Source: Candidatus Poribacteria bacterium (GTDB lineage Bacteria; Poribacteria; WGA-4E; WGA-3G). From it: a stretch of 64,000 bases of DNA. Each line of letters opens with the position of its first letter. Within the stretch, counting starts at the first letter, position 1. The notes under the pieces were generated by a model. It was not told where the DNA came from. It searched no databases and saw nothing but the letters and a program-made list of their open reading frames with translations. The DNA is taken from assembly GCA_964291315.2 (NCBI GenBank), contig OZ219753.1:608001-672000 (forward strand), in the 5' to 3' direction. The translations under genes and the position numbers were made by a program. Shown here piece by piece: positions 19,567 through 29,880 of the stretch.

Positions 19567-20382
19567 ATGTTTGAAAGATTGACGAATATAGACCGTCGGA
19601 TCATCTTCATTCTCGTGACTCTGTCGGTTATCGTACCGACACTGGTTCCAGTGAGCATGCCGATCCCGGTATCAGAACCTACACAACAACTCTACGATTA
19701 TATTGAAGCTATACCGGCCGGCGGAACGATCATGCTCGCCTTTGACTATGGCCCCTCTTCCTTAGCAGAGCTGAATCCGATGGCAAGGTCGATCATGAAG
19801 CAGTGTTTTGCTAAAGATATAAGGGTGATTGCTCTCACACTTTATCCGGAGGGCACGACTATGGGTAGCGCATTGATTCAAGAAGTTGTATCGGAAACAG
19901 GTGCGGTTGATGGTGAGGACTATGTTTTCTTGGGTTATCGTTCTGGAAATCAATTAGTTATTCTCGGCATGGGAACGGAAATTGCTAGTATTTTTGACAC
20001 AGATTACAACGGAAAACCGATCTCGGAAATCCCGTTGATGCAAAATGTTATCAACTATGATCAAATTGATCTCCTTGTCGATTTGTCTTCTGGGCAGCTC
20101 ACGGAAACTTGGATTACCTATGCAAACGGACAATTCAATCTACAGATCGCAGCAGGTGTCACCGGCGTTATTATCTCACAGATGTATCCGTATTTGCAAA
20201 CTGGACAATTAATTGGTCTGATTCGAGGGATTGCTGGGGCTGCGGAGTATGAATGCTTAATAGATGCACCGGCAAAAGGGACATTATGGATCAACATTGA
20301 ATCGTTTGTTCACTTACTCATTATAGGTTTAGTCGCTATTGGAAATATTGCGTTCTTCATTCAGCGAGGGCGAGAGGAGTAA
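19567..20382 (+). CDS. Conserved hypothetical protein, TM-soluble domain-TM (subunit C)
   Basis: IDRRIIF N-terminal TM; DYGPSSLAELNPM, DYVFLGYRSG, YPYLQTGQLIGL..GIAGAAEYE; C-terminal TM; 3-nt gap, GGAGG RBS. Confidence 0.85.
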   Translation: MFERLTNIDRRIIFILVTLSVIVPTLVPVSMPIPVSEPTQQLYDYIEAIPAGGTIMLAFDYGPSSLAELNPMARSIMKQCFAKDIRVIALTLYPEGTTMGSALIQEVVSETGAVDGEDYVFLGYRSGNQLVILGMGTEIASIFDTDYNGKPISEIPLMQNVINYDQIDLLVDLSSGQLTETWITYANGQFNLQIAAGVTGVIISQMYPYLQTGQLIGLIRGIAGAAEYECLIDAPAKGTLWINIESFVHLLIIGLVAIGNIAFFIQRGREE

Positions 20383-20386
20383 ATTG

Positions 20387-21037
20387 ATGGAACTTTTTGG
20401 CATCTGGATTGCCGCATTTTTGACCTTCTGCATTTACAGTTTTCTGTACCGAGAGAATCCATTTTACCGGTTTGCGGAACATCTCTTGGTAGGTATATCC
20501 CTCGGATACAGTATTGTGATCTCGATTCATCAAGCATTTATTCCGTTCGCGTGGCAGCCTTTTTATGAAGCGGTAAGAGGCGATTCTCTAGCTGGTCTCA
20601 TAAAATTGATTCCTATATGGATCGGTTTGCTGTATTTTTCAGGGTTGTCGCCGCGGCATACCTGGTTAATTCGGTGGCCTAGTGCGATCCTTATAGGTAT
20701 TGGGTCGGGGCTGGCCATTCCGAATGTGCTGCGTGCTAACATTTTTGAGCAGACCCGGGGAACAGTTGAGCCTTTCGGTGCTATTCATGCTGGAACCCTC
20801 TCTGGCTGGGATATTTTCGACGCTGTTCTGATGGTGATCGGGGTGATTTGTACACTCACTTATTTCTTTTTCTCTGTAGAACACCGGGGTCCTATTAAAT
20901 GGCTTTCAAAGGTAGGTATCGCCTTTCTTATGATAGGGTTCGGTTCAGCATTCGGTAACACGGTCATGGGACGTGTTGCACTTCTCATTCAACGCATCGA
21001 TTTTCTGCTAAACGATTGGCTCGCTACAATTTTTTGA
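20387..21037 (+). CDS. Conserved hypothetical polytopic membrane protein (subunit D)
   Basis: SFLYRENPFYRFAEHLLVG, YFFFSVEH, FLMIGFGSAFGNTVMGR; 5-6 TMs. ATG 20387 follows GAGGAG. Confidence 0.85.
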   Translation: MELFGIWIAAFLTFCIYSFLYRENPFYRFAEHLLVGISLGYSIVISIHQAFIPFAWQPFYEAVRGDSLAGLIKLIPIWIGLLYFSGLSPRHTWLIRWPSAILIGIGSGLAIPNVLRANIFEQTRGTVEPFGAIHAGTLSGWDIFDAVLMVIGVICTLTYFFFSVEHRGPIKWLSKVGIAFLMIGFGSAFGNTVMGRVALLIQRIDFLLNDWLATIF

Positions 21038-21101
21038 TACTGTTATAGGGCAGTCAGGTAGTTCGGGCCCTTTTCCTCATTAGACCTTGGGAGAAAACTG
21101 T

Positions 21102-21944
21102 ATGAAACTTGGATATAGCACTTGGGGTATGCCTACTGTGCCTATAGATACTGCTGTTTCTCATATAGCGGGGCTCGGATACGATGGACTTGAACTCACT
21201 ATTATCCCTCGCTTTACGACCGAACTCAGCACACTTGACGCTGCGCAGAGGAAACGGATCGCGTCTCTTCTGAAAGAGCATGATTTGGCGTTACCCGCAA
21301 TCGCTGCACACTCAAGTCTGTTGGAAACTGATCCAGACAGGCATGCCCAAAATATGTGGAGGCTGAAAGGTGGCGTTGATTTAGCAATAGAACTCGCTCA
21401 AGGTGATGAACCTCCCGCGGTAAATACAACGCCAGGTGGCAAGCCAGAGGAGTGGAACACCCGAAAAGAGCTCCTCGTCGAACGGGTCGGAAAACTCATA
21501 GATTATAGTGCCTCGCGCGGTATCATCATTGCTATGGAACCACACGTCGGCGCAATCATCGATACGCCTACGAAGATACTAGAACTTCTGGCAATCATCA
21601 ATTCTCCATACCTTAAAGTTAACTTCGATATTAGCCATTTTGATATTGTTGGTATGTCCACGGAGGAGACGGTAGCAGCGTTAGCTGCGGTATCGATACA
21701 TACACATGTCAAGGACCAACACGGCACTGCACCTAACTACGAGTTTCTCATACCTGGTGAAGGCCAGTTCGACTATGTAGAATATCTCAAACAGATGCAG
21801 GCACACGGATATGATGGGTTCATCACTGCCGAAATAAGTTTTATGGTGCAAGCGCGTGAAGATTACGATCCGCTCGCTGCTGCGTCTCTTTCTTACGAAA
21901 CATTATCGCGTGCCTTTACGGTGGCTGGAATTGAAAGGGGATAA
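21102..21944 (+). CDS. Sugar phosphate isomerase/epimerase (xylose-isomerase-like TIM barrel)
   Basis: GYDGLEL, MEPH, NFDISHF, HTHVKD, PGEG.FDY, GYDGFITAE. Confidence 0.9.
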   Translation: MKLGYSTWGMPTVPIDTAVSHIAGLGYDGLELTIIPRFTTELSTLDAAQRKRIASLLKEHDLALPAIAAHSSLLETDPDRHAQNMWRLKGGVDLAIELAQGDEPPAVNTTPGGKPEEWNTRKELLVERVGKLIDYSASRGIIIAMEPHVGAIIDTPTKILELLAIINSPYLKVNFDISHFDIVGMSTEETVAALAAVSIHTHVKDQHGTAPNYEFLIPGEGQFDYVEYLKQMQAHGYDGFITAEISFMVQAREDYDPLAAASLSYETLSRAFTVAGIERG

Positions 21945-21946
21945 CT

Positions 21947-23329
21947 ATGCAAACCCCGAATATTCTTCTTCTGATGACCGATCAGCAGCGATGGGACGCG
22001 ATGGGCTGCAGCGGTGACTGGGTGCGAACCCCGAATTTGGATCGTATCGCGAGTGAAGGAATTAGGTTCACCAACTGTGTCACGACATCCCCGGTCTGTA
22101 TTCCGACGCGTCTTAGCTTGGCAACAGGTTTATATCCACATAATACCGGTGTTTGGGATAATATGAATCATCAGATGCCTGCTACAACACCGACCTGGAT
22201 GCAAGCAGTGCGGGCCGCGGGTTACCGGACGAGCCTATTCGGCAAAACGCATCTTCACCCACACAACGGCGATCTGCGAGAACGTGAAGGGTTAATGAAC
22301 GCTTATGGATTGGACGACGTGAACGAGATCGGTGGCCCCCGGGCAAGTGCTACTGTTCTGTCACACATGACATCGGAGTGGGAAGCAAAAGGGGTATGGA
22401 ATGCCTATCGTACCGATTATCGCGAACGGTTCAGAACGAAACCGCACCTTGTGCGTCCGTCTGTCCTCGGACTTGAGGACTATGCTGATGTCTATGTAGG
22501 ACAACAAGCGAAACAATATCTACAGAACTACGGCCGATCAGAACCTTGGTTCTGCTGGGTGAGTTTTGGAGGACCACACGAACCATGGGATACCCCGGAA
22601 CCCTATGCTAATATGTACGATCCGGAAGAGATGCCATCTGCTATTCTACGCCCACCTACAGAAGAACGTCCACATGGACACTTAGATAGACTGATGGATC
22701 GGGTGAAACCGACGTTTGAACCCGGCGAGGTTGGGAAACTGCGTGCCAATTATGCGGGGAATGTGACGCTCATTGATGCACAGGTTGGCGACATTCTCGA
22801 TGCAATTGAGGCTCGCGGTGAACTTGAGAACACAATCATCGTTCATACCTCCGACCACGGTGAAATGAACGGAGATTATGGACTTATCTACAAAAGTAAC
22901 TTCCTCAACGGCGCAGTCAGGATACCGTTACTTGTTCGAACACCGGATAAATCGAATGCTGGAGCGGTCTGTGAGAATCTAGTCGAATGGATAGACATTG
23001 GTCCAACACTCGTTGAAATGGCAGATGGTGAATTGCAACACCCTCAGTTTGGCAAGTCGTTGTGCCCGGTGTTAGCAGAACCGCAATCTGTGCACCGAGA
23101 TTTCGCAATATCTGAAATACATGGAGAGATTATGTTGTTAAATCGAGAATGGAAGGCTGCTATCAACTCGGATGGCACGGTTTACCTTCTCTTTAATGTA
23201 CAAAACGACTCGAACGAAACAGATAACCTCGCCGGTAGACAGGAAGTTGCAGATGTAGAAACAGCCTTGCGCCTGCAGATTTTAGAGAGAATCGTGCAGA
23301 CGCAACTGCAAAAGCCGTTTCGCGAATGA
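21947..23329 (+). CDS. Formylglycine-dependent sulfatase (choline-sulfatase-like)
   Basis: PNILLLMTDQQR, CIPTR.S..TG (CxPxR), GKTH, PHEP, SDHGE. Confidence 0.93.
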   Translation: MQTPNILLLMTDQQRWDAMGCSGDWVRTPNLDRIASEGIRFTNCVTTSPVCIPTRLSLATGLYPHNTGVWDNMNHQMPATTPTWMQAVRAAGYRTSLFGKTHLHPHNGDLREREGLMNAYGLDDVNEIGGPRASATVLSHMTSEWEAKGVWNAYRTDYRERFRTKPHLVRPSVLGLEDYADVYVGQQAKQYLQNYGRSEPWFCWVSFGGPHEPWDTPEPYANMYDPEEMPSAILRPPTEERPHGHLDRLMDRVKPTFEPGEVGKLRANYAGNVTLIDAQVGDILDAIEARGELENTIIVHTSDHGEMNGDYGLIYKSNFLNGAVRIPLLVRTPDKSNAGAVCENLVEWIDIGPTLVEMADGELQHPQFGKSLCPVLAEPQSVHRDFAISEIHGEIMLLNREWKAAINSDGTVYLLFNVQNDSNETDNLAGRQEVADVETALRLQILERIVQTQLQKPFRE

Positions 23330-23479
23330 TTAGGTTATGGCCATCCGCCATCCCTTTATTCCTTGCAGATGAGTGAATACTCGTTCTGTACCTCGAAAGT
23401 GGAAATCACCATTCATGCCGCTTTTGTATGCTTTCTTCCAACCGGCAGCAAAATACGATTATACAACGTAATTACGGCT

Positions 23480-24690
23480 CTATAGATCGATGAAAGCGGA
23501 TATTTTCGTCCATAATGGTGTTGATAACAGCACCTTTGATTGCATGCCGGTTTTCATCAAAATATAACAGTGTTGTTGCCCTCTGTAGTTTTGTGTCACC
23601 TGAATTTGGTCGCAAATTGACACGGGGGTCAGTTGAGATGTGCGTTTCATCGCTGCAATGAGAATGTTAACGGCATCATATCCTAGTGCTGCTGGGCCAT
23701 CCGGGGGCATACCAAACCGATCAGTATAGGCATTGATAAATAGCCGTGCTCTTTCATCTAACTGTTCCGCTGTTCCATCTGGTGAGAAATGATTCACAAA
23801 TAAGCTCCCGTTAACCGCCTCTCCAGCGATGTCAGCAAGATCGGGTCTGTCCCATCCATCACCCCGAGGAATGTTGCGGTGATGCCGATATGAGTGTCTT
23901 TCGCTTGCTTGACAGTAAGTGGAAATTCAGGACCCAAGCCGGGTAAAAATATAACATCCACAGGCGGATCCACGGCAGCAATCCCGGTGAGTTGCTCGGT
24001 ATAGTCTGTCGTTCCTGCTTCGTAAAGTTGGCGAATTGCAACTGTACCGCTGCAGTAAAGGCTTCCACAAAAACCTCTGTCAATCCTTGGGAATAGCTAC
24101 TATTTATTTCTGTTAGCGTAGCGGCAGTTGCTGCGTTCAACTCCTGAATAGCGAAATTTGCCATTATGTTTGCCTGATAAGGGTCAGTATATGCCGTCAT
24201 GAACACGAAATCGCTGTTTTCTGGGACCCGCGGATTTGTCGGGTAGGTCGTTAGCAGGGGTATTTCATGCTCGCGGATGACTTTACTAACTTCCATTGCG
24301 ATTGTAGAATAGTCTGGACCAACAATTGCTGATACCCCAAGATCGATTAATTCTTCTGCATGTTGAACGCTGTAGGCGGATATTTTTTGTCGTCTCGGAC
24401 GAGAAGGTATATTGGTGCCCTTTTAATTCCTCCACCCTCATTTGCGAGAGCAACTGCTAATTCCGCACCATTCCGGGTCGTGCCAGGGTCAGGCGGGCTA
24501 TAAATGAACCCGATTCTGATACATGGCATACTGGCAGGTTTTTCTAAATCGGTGGAGGTAACACCTGGTTGAAGGCGATCACGTCCGACTAAACAAAAAA
24601 GGGCTATGGTGAAAAACAGGGTAAGCTTCTGCCAATAAAGATAGGTTTGAGAGTCGTTCCATTCTGTTTAAACACAAAAAATCACCCTCC
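23480..24690 (-). pseudogene. Frameshifted LivJ-type (branched-chain amino acid) ABC substrate-binding lipoprotein
   Basis: Three or more consecutive fragments in different frames (IRIGFIY..NGAELAV..AN; TNPRV..FVF..D..QA; NHFSPD..ALGYDAV). The lipobox reads LVGR rather than LVGC, and there is an early TAA. Confidence 0.8.
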
Positions 24691-24892
24691 TATTGTTCAA
24701 TCTTGTATTGTAACTTTCATATGACAGGAACCGTCACCTTCACTGTCACGCGAGCAGCACTAGCTGGTATCCGTAGACGAGAGCATAGAGGACCGCACCT
24801 ATTCAAGGTATTAGATTTTTGGATAGGTTTAAACAGGCTACTTTTCTATAAGTTTTATGAAAAGGCCAGTCATTATGGGGCCATTCACGCGC

Positions 24893-25621
24893 CTAGGCTC
24901 TGCCGTAAACAGGAATGGCGGCACCGTTAATGATAGTTGCATCATCAGAAGTAAGGAAGCAAATAACCTTGGCAACATCGGCAGGCGCAACCCACCGGTC
25001 GTGGTCTTCGCCCGGCATAGTCTCTCGATTGGCGGGAGTATCCATAATACTTGGCATAATGGCGTTGATATTGACCCCTGAATCCATCACCTCGGCAGCT
25101 AGTGCCTCCGTTAAGGTGCGAACCCCGCCTTTGGAAACACAATATGCACTTAAACCGGCTTCACCTTTTAAGCCAGCGCGCGCAGAGACATTAATGATTT
25201 TACCATACGCTTGTGCGGTCATATGTGGAATAGCTGCCTTGCAGCAGAGGAAAACAGATTTGAGGTTAAGGTTCATCATGAAATCCCACTTATCTACATC
25301 AAGTTCTGCGGTCGGGATTCCTCCAACAAACCCTCCGACGATATTTACCAAGATGTGCAATCGGTCAAATTGGAAAAGAAATTCTTGAATGCTTTGTTGG
25401 ACATCCGTTTCCTCGGTAACGTTTGCCGGCAAGAAGGCCACTTCTTCGCTGAGCTCAAGGTTGAATTTTTTGAAGCGTTCAACTTCATTTTCAAACAGAT
25501 ACGTGACAGCAACGCTGTCTCCTTGAGCGAGGTAGGCTTTAGTGACAGCGCTGCCTAATATACCGGTGCCGCCGGTGATGAGGACGTTGCGTTTGCGTTT
25601 TGTCATTGTTAGTTTCTCCAT
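24893..25621 (-). CDS. Short-chain dehydrogenase/reductase
   Basis: ITGGTGILG (TGxxxGxG variant), NVSA, YCVSKGG (YxxxK). Confidence 0.93.
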   Translation of the reverse strand: MEKLTMTKRKRNVLITGGTGILGSAVTKAYLAQGDSVAVTYLFENEVERFKKFNLELSEEVAFLPANVTEETDVQQSIQEFLFQFDRLHILVNIVGGFVGGIPTAELDVDKWDFMMNLNLKSVFLCCKAAIPHMTAQAYGKIINVSARAGLKGEAGLSAYCVSKGGVRTLTEALAAEVMDSGVNINAIMPSIMDTPANRETMPGEDHDRWVAPADVAKVICFLTSDDATIINGAAIPVYGRA

Positions 25622-25631
25622 TTTGTTTGAG

Positions 25632-26669
25632 TCATTGTTTGGCCGACGTCGAAACCTCTTTTGAGTTAACGCCGATGCCGGGGTGTTCTGGTAGTATCAG
25701 TTTCCCTTTGTCAAGTGTTACACCGGTGTATGGATCGTTTACAACGAGCAGATTCCCGTCCAAATCGGCATAATCTACGAGTGGGGTTAGGTGTGCCGCT
25801 GCGGTGATAGCGAGGGAGGTCTCTATCATACACCCGAGCATAACACTCAAACCGTGAGTACGTGCGACGTTTATCATTCTGTGTGCTTCAAGTAAGCCGC
25901 CACATTTAGTAAGTTTAATATTGATTCCGTCAACACATTCGGCCAGTGCTGGGATATCAATTGCGCGCTTGACGCTTTCATCGGCAATAATTGGTAACTC
26001 TGAATGTTGGCAGACGAACTTGAGTCCCGACAGATTTTCGGGTTTTGTCGGTTGTTCCACCAATTCAACGCCATATCGGGCAAGTGCACGAATCTTATGA
26101 ATGGCTTCTTTGGGTGTCCAAGCTGTATTTGCGTCAACATAGAGAGGTTTGTCCGTTACTTCGCGGAGTGCTTGAATTATTTCAATATCACGAGATGTAC
26201 CGAGTTTGACTTTGAGGATAGGATAGTCCTCAGCTTTTCTGACTTTCTCTGCCATCACCTCCGGTTCATCAAGTCCAATTGTAAAGGATGTGTAAGGGGT
26301 CTTATGTGGGTTAAGGCCCCAGAGTTGATAGAGCGGCACTCCAAGTTTCTTAGCAAGTCGATCGTGGAGTGCCATATCAATAGCAGATTTTGCGGCATAA
26401 TTACCACCGAGCTTTGCCTCAATAGTCACCATTACATCCTGGATTGCGTCGAGATTTTCGGGGAGTTCTGATCCAATAACCTTCAATGCCACACAAACCG
26501 TTTGGACAGTCTCACCGTAAAAACGTGCTGGTGCTGTTTCGCCGATTCCACCGTCAATTTCTACAGAGATGACTTGCCGATATGTGTCCGTTGTACGACG
26601 AGCAATTTTGAAAGGGTACTGGAGCTGTAAATCTATGATATTGGAGACAATATGCATATTACTTTCCAT
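25632..26669 (-). CDS. Dipeptide epimerase (L-Ala-D/L-Glu epimerase, enolase superfamily)
   Basis: KVK, VDANTAW, VEQP, ADES, NIKLTKCGG, GCMIET, DLDG. Confidence 0.9.
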   Translation of the reverse strand: MESNMHIVSNIIDLQLQYPFKIARRTTDTYRQVISVEIDGGIGETAPARFYGETVQTVCVALKVIGSELPENLDAIQDVMVTIEAKLGGNYAAKSAIDMALHDRLAKKLGVPLYQLWGLNPHKTPYTSFTIGLDEPEVMAEKVRKAEDYPILKVKLGTSRDIEIIQALREVTDKPLYVDANTAWTPKEAIHKIRALARYGVELVEQPTKPENLSGLKFVCQHSELPIIADESVKRAIDIPALAECVDGINIKLTKCGGLLEAHRMINVARTHGLSVMLGCMIETSLAITAAAHLTPLVDYADLDGNLLVVNDPYTGVTLDKGKLILPEHPGIGVNSKEVSTSAKQ

Positions 26670-26692
26670 GCTCCTGTTCTAAGCACGCGATA

Positions 26693-26747
26693 AAACAGGG
26701 GTATTAATCGCATTATCGTGAAGCGATACAAAATTAACACCCGTTTC
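26693..26747. repeat. Imperfect intergenic inverted repeat (REP-like or terminator)
   Basis: AAACAGGGGTATTAAT...ATTAACACCCGTTT with inner TATCG-TGAAG-CGATA. Confidence 0.45.
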
Positions 26748-26934
26748 ATCGGCGCTCTGATTCTGCCTTGGTAGACTTACATAGGAATTATCGACCCGTG
26801 TCATGATAGAGGCAATTCGGCGCAGAAAAGAAGCGGTTGTTCGGTAACTTCTTGATGGCAGAAAGAGTCGGTGAACGACAGAAAGACCAAGGAGATCAGA
26901 AAAACTTTACAAAAGAGACGAATCAGCAGAAAGC

Positions 26935-27378
26935 TTATATTTCTCTATTTTGGAAAGGTGCACCGCGTTGGCGTGATCTGGGGCGCCCAAGGATCTCTCG
27001 AAGGATGACTCCTTGGCGAAACGTTTGTGGTGACAAATCTAGCAGCGCCGTAGCAGGAACTGAGCGTATTCCTGAAGAAGATTCAACAGGCACAGGAGGC
27101 GGTTGCGGTTTTGGAGGCTCAACGGGTTCTTGGACAGCAACAACCACTGGTTCCTCGGTGATCGGAGGTTTGCCAGCTTCTTCCTGTTGCGGTATCATGT
27201 CCTCGAGCTGTGTCTCGAACGGAAAGTTTTCCATGAAAGGTGGTGGCGTGACTTCGCCTTCTGGCACAGTATTTTCCCCCTTTTCAGTGTCCTCTTCTTG
27301 TCCGCGCCGACGCGAACTACGTAAGGCAAACGTTAAAAATATAGCAAGTGCTACCAGTATCTGAGTGATCTCTTCCAT
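26935..27378 (-). CDS. YqfB-like membrane-anchored hypothetical protein
   Basis: N-terminal TM, Pro/Glu-rich linker, C-terminal RQGVILREILGRPRS; last gene of the nfeD-floA operon. Confidence 0.7.
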   Translation of the reverse strand: MEEITQILVALAIFLTFALRSSRRRGQEEDTEKGENTVPEGEVTPPPFMENFPFETQLEDMIPQQEEAGKPPITEEPVVVAVQEPVEPPKPQPPPVPVESSSGIRSVPATALLDLSPQTFRQGVILREILGRPRSRQRGAPFQNREI

Positions 27379-27414
27379 CGACATTCCTCCTTTGAAGCAT
27401 TGTAAGCGTACAAA

Positions 27415-28446
27415 CTATGACAATCCGAGCGAATGTGCGGATCGGGTTGTGTCCACTTCTTGTGTGCCGCCTGGTGAAGCGATAGATTGACGCATTTCCG
27501 TATCCGCAAGGATATTGCGGAGGGTATAATAGTCCATAACACTCATTCTCTGCGAATCAAACGAGTCCGCAATAGATCGCGGGATTTCTGCTTCTGCTTC
27601 AATCAGTCCAACGGTCTTTTCTTCTACAAGTGCCTTATTTTCTTCTTCTTCGGCTTCGGCGCGAGCCCTCCGCTCTTCTGCTTTTGCGCGCGCTATCTTG
27701 AGTTCAGCCTGTGCTTGGTCTGTCTGTAATTTAGCCCCGACGTTTTCACCTACGTTTATATCGGCAATATCAATAGAGAGGATTTCGAAGGCAGTGCCTG
27801 CCGATAACCCTTTTGATAGGACTGTTTCCGAGATGAGAACCGGGTTCTCCAAAACCTGTTTGTGGCTTGCAGCCGAACCGATGGTTGTAATAATTCCCTC
27901 TCCGACTCTGGCGCGGATAGTGTCTTCAGTCGCACCGCCGACCAACCGGTCGATGTCAGCTCTTACTGTAACACGAGCTTTAACAATCAACTGAATGCCG
28001 TCGCGAGCAACTGCAGTGATGCCGTTGTTGGCCTCGCTTTTTTCAGGGATGTCAATAATCTCTGGTGTAACACTGACTTGAACAGCTTGCAAGACATCAC
28101 GTCCTGCAAGGTCAATTGCGGCAGCCTGTGCAAATCCGAGGTCAATGTTAGCTTTATCTGCAGCGATTAGTGCTGCTACAACGCTACCTACGCGTCCTCC
28201 AGCGAGATAATGTGCTTCGAGGTCATCAAGTGACAAAGTCAAGCCTGCTTTTGTTGCGTTAATCTGCGGTTCGACGATTGCAGCCGGCGGTACTCGCCGC
28301 AAGCGCATCGCAACGAGGTCGAAAATACCTACCTTCACGCCCGCTGCAATAGCAGTGATCCACAGACCAACTGGAACAAGCCAAGTGATAATAATTATGA
28401 ACAAAACCACCAGAACGGCAATAATTGCGATCATTATTGGTGCCAT
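27415..28446 (-). CDS. floA: Flotillin-like protein FloA (YqfA)
   Basis: [59 protein letters not shown]. Confidence 0.93.
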   Translation of the reverse strand: MAPIMIAIIAVLVVLFIIIITWLVPVGLWITAIAAGVKVGIFDLVAMRLRRVPPAAIVEPQINATKAGLTLSLDDLEAHYLAGGRVGSVVAALIAADKANIDLGFAQAAAIDLAGRDVLQAVQVSVTPEIIDIPEKSEANNGITAVARDGIQLIVKARVTVRADIDRLVGGATEDTIRARVGEGIITTIGSAASHKQVLENPVLISETVLSKGLSAGTAFEILSIDIADINVGENVGAKLQTDQAQAELKIARAKAEERRARAEAEEEENKALVEEKTVGLIEAEAEIPRSIADSFDSQRMSVMDYYTLRNILADTEMRQSIASPGGTQEVDTTRSAHSLGLS

Positions 28447-28503
28447 GTGTACGATTCTCCATTAATCCAGCGCCACCATCTGACAGCGCTTAGGTAAGTT
28501 GCG

Positions 28504-29400
28504 TTATTGTTCCGTCATGTTTAAATTGCCTTCCCGGAAAGCACTAGCAAGTGCTCGGGGGACCAATGCTTCCGCTTCAACGACTTGGGCACGCTTCTTT
28601 TGTACATTAGCGGTCATTTCCTGTTTTTGGGCTACTGCCATTGCTCTCCGTTCTTCCGCTTTTGCCTGTGCTACAACTAAATCAGCTTCGGCTTGTTCTG
28701 CTTGGAGTTCCGCCCCGATATTTTTGCCGACGTTGACATCAGCGATATCAATAGAAAGGATTTCAAAAGCAGTACCAGCATCAAGTCCGCGATCAAGGAC
28801 CGTTTTTGAGATAATATCTGGGTTTTCTAGAACATCTTCATAGGTCTCAGAGGCGCCAATAGCACTGATAATGCCTTCGCCAACGCGTGCAATGATAGTT
28901 TCCTCGCCCGCCCCTCCAACGAGCCGATTGATGTTGGTCCGTACTGTGATACGCACAGTCGTGATCAATTCCACACCATCCAGAGCTAGTGCACTGATAC
29001 GGGGGGTAGTGATTACGCGAGGGTTAACACTGACTTGAACCGCTTCAAACACATCACGGCCCGCCAAGTCGATAGCGGAGGAGCGTTGAAAAGTGAGTTC
29101 AATTCTAGCTTTATCTGCCGCAATGAGCGCACTAACGACATTAAGGACATTACCTCCAGCGAGATAGTGGGCTTCTAAGGCTGCAGTTGCTAACTTCAAC
29201 CCAGCCTTGTGGGCACTGATCAACCCTTTGACAATGATATTAGGATTGACTCGCCTTAAGCGCATCCCAATCAGATCAATAATCCGAAGTGGAACCCCTG
29301 CGGCGACAGCGGCTATCCAGAGCCCAACAGGGACAAACCAAAAAAACGCAATAATAACAATCAGAACAACAAGGGCAATTCCCCCTGTAAAAACATCCAT
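28504..29400 (-). CDS. floA: Second FloA paralog, C-terminally shortened
   Basis: Same motifs as the adjacent floA but ends at [12 protein letters not shown], lacking the DYY...ADT.MR tail. Confidence 0.9.
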   Translation of the reverse strand: MDVFTGGIALVVLIVIIAFFWFVPVGLWIAAVAAGVPLRIIDLIGMRLRRVNPNIIVKGLISAHKAGLKLATAALEAHYLAGGNVLNVVSALIAADKARIELTFQRSSAIDLAGRDVFEAVQVSVNPRVITTPRISALALDGVELITTVRITVRTNINRLVGGAGEETIIARVGEGIISAIGASETYEDVLENPDIISKTVLDRGLDAGTAFEILSIDIADVNVGKNIGAELQAEQAEADLVVAQAKAEERRAMAVAQKQEMTANVQKKRAQVVEAEALVPRALASAFREGNLNMTEQ

Positions 29401-29513
29401 TATTTTTCTCCTACGAATAGTTGTCAGTTTTCCGTTATCGATTTCGAGAACTTTATTGTGGGTTTTGGTATTTAGTACGAGGTTGTTAGTCCTTAATTAA
29501 TTTGATCTACAAC

Positions 29514-29860
29514 TTATAACCTACAACCAATACCCATTCTGTTGTAAACTGTGAACAGCACTACTGCTTTTGACAAAATCACCGCAATCTCAGTTTTAGC
29601 GCGGACAAATTCACCTTGTGTGACAATATCAACGCGGTGTTCACCAATCAGGGGATCACCGGCCAGTTGTAAAGAGGTGATTACCGTACCAGGTTTTCCT
29701 ACCAAATCTACCAATGATGAGAAAAAATTAGAAACCACATGGTTTACTCTATATCGAGCACATGGACGCTATGTAGCAGTCGGATCTGTCACACGGTACC
29801 GAATGAACCGGAATATCCATCTAGTAAACACGATTTCGTATACTAAGGCTCCGAACCGTT
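29514..29860 (-). pseudogene. Decayed short NfeD (OB-fold C-terminal domain)
   Basis: LVGKPGTVITSL.LAG...IGEHRVDIVTQGEFV parallels the C-terminus of the neighbouring NfeD (LGKPGTALTPLRPSG...RVDVVTVGDFI). The upstream part is broken by stops. Confidence 0.7.
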
Positions 29861-29880
29861 ACTGGCAGAGCACGATAGAA

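Noticed and set aside
23480-24690. Programmed frameshifting or stop-codon recoding as an explanation for the split SBP
   Set aside because: Multiple independent frameshifts, a lost lipobox Cys and an early TAA indicate decay rather than recoding.
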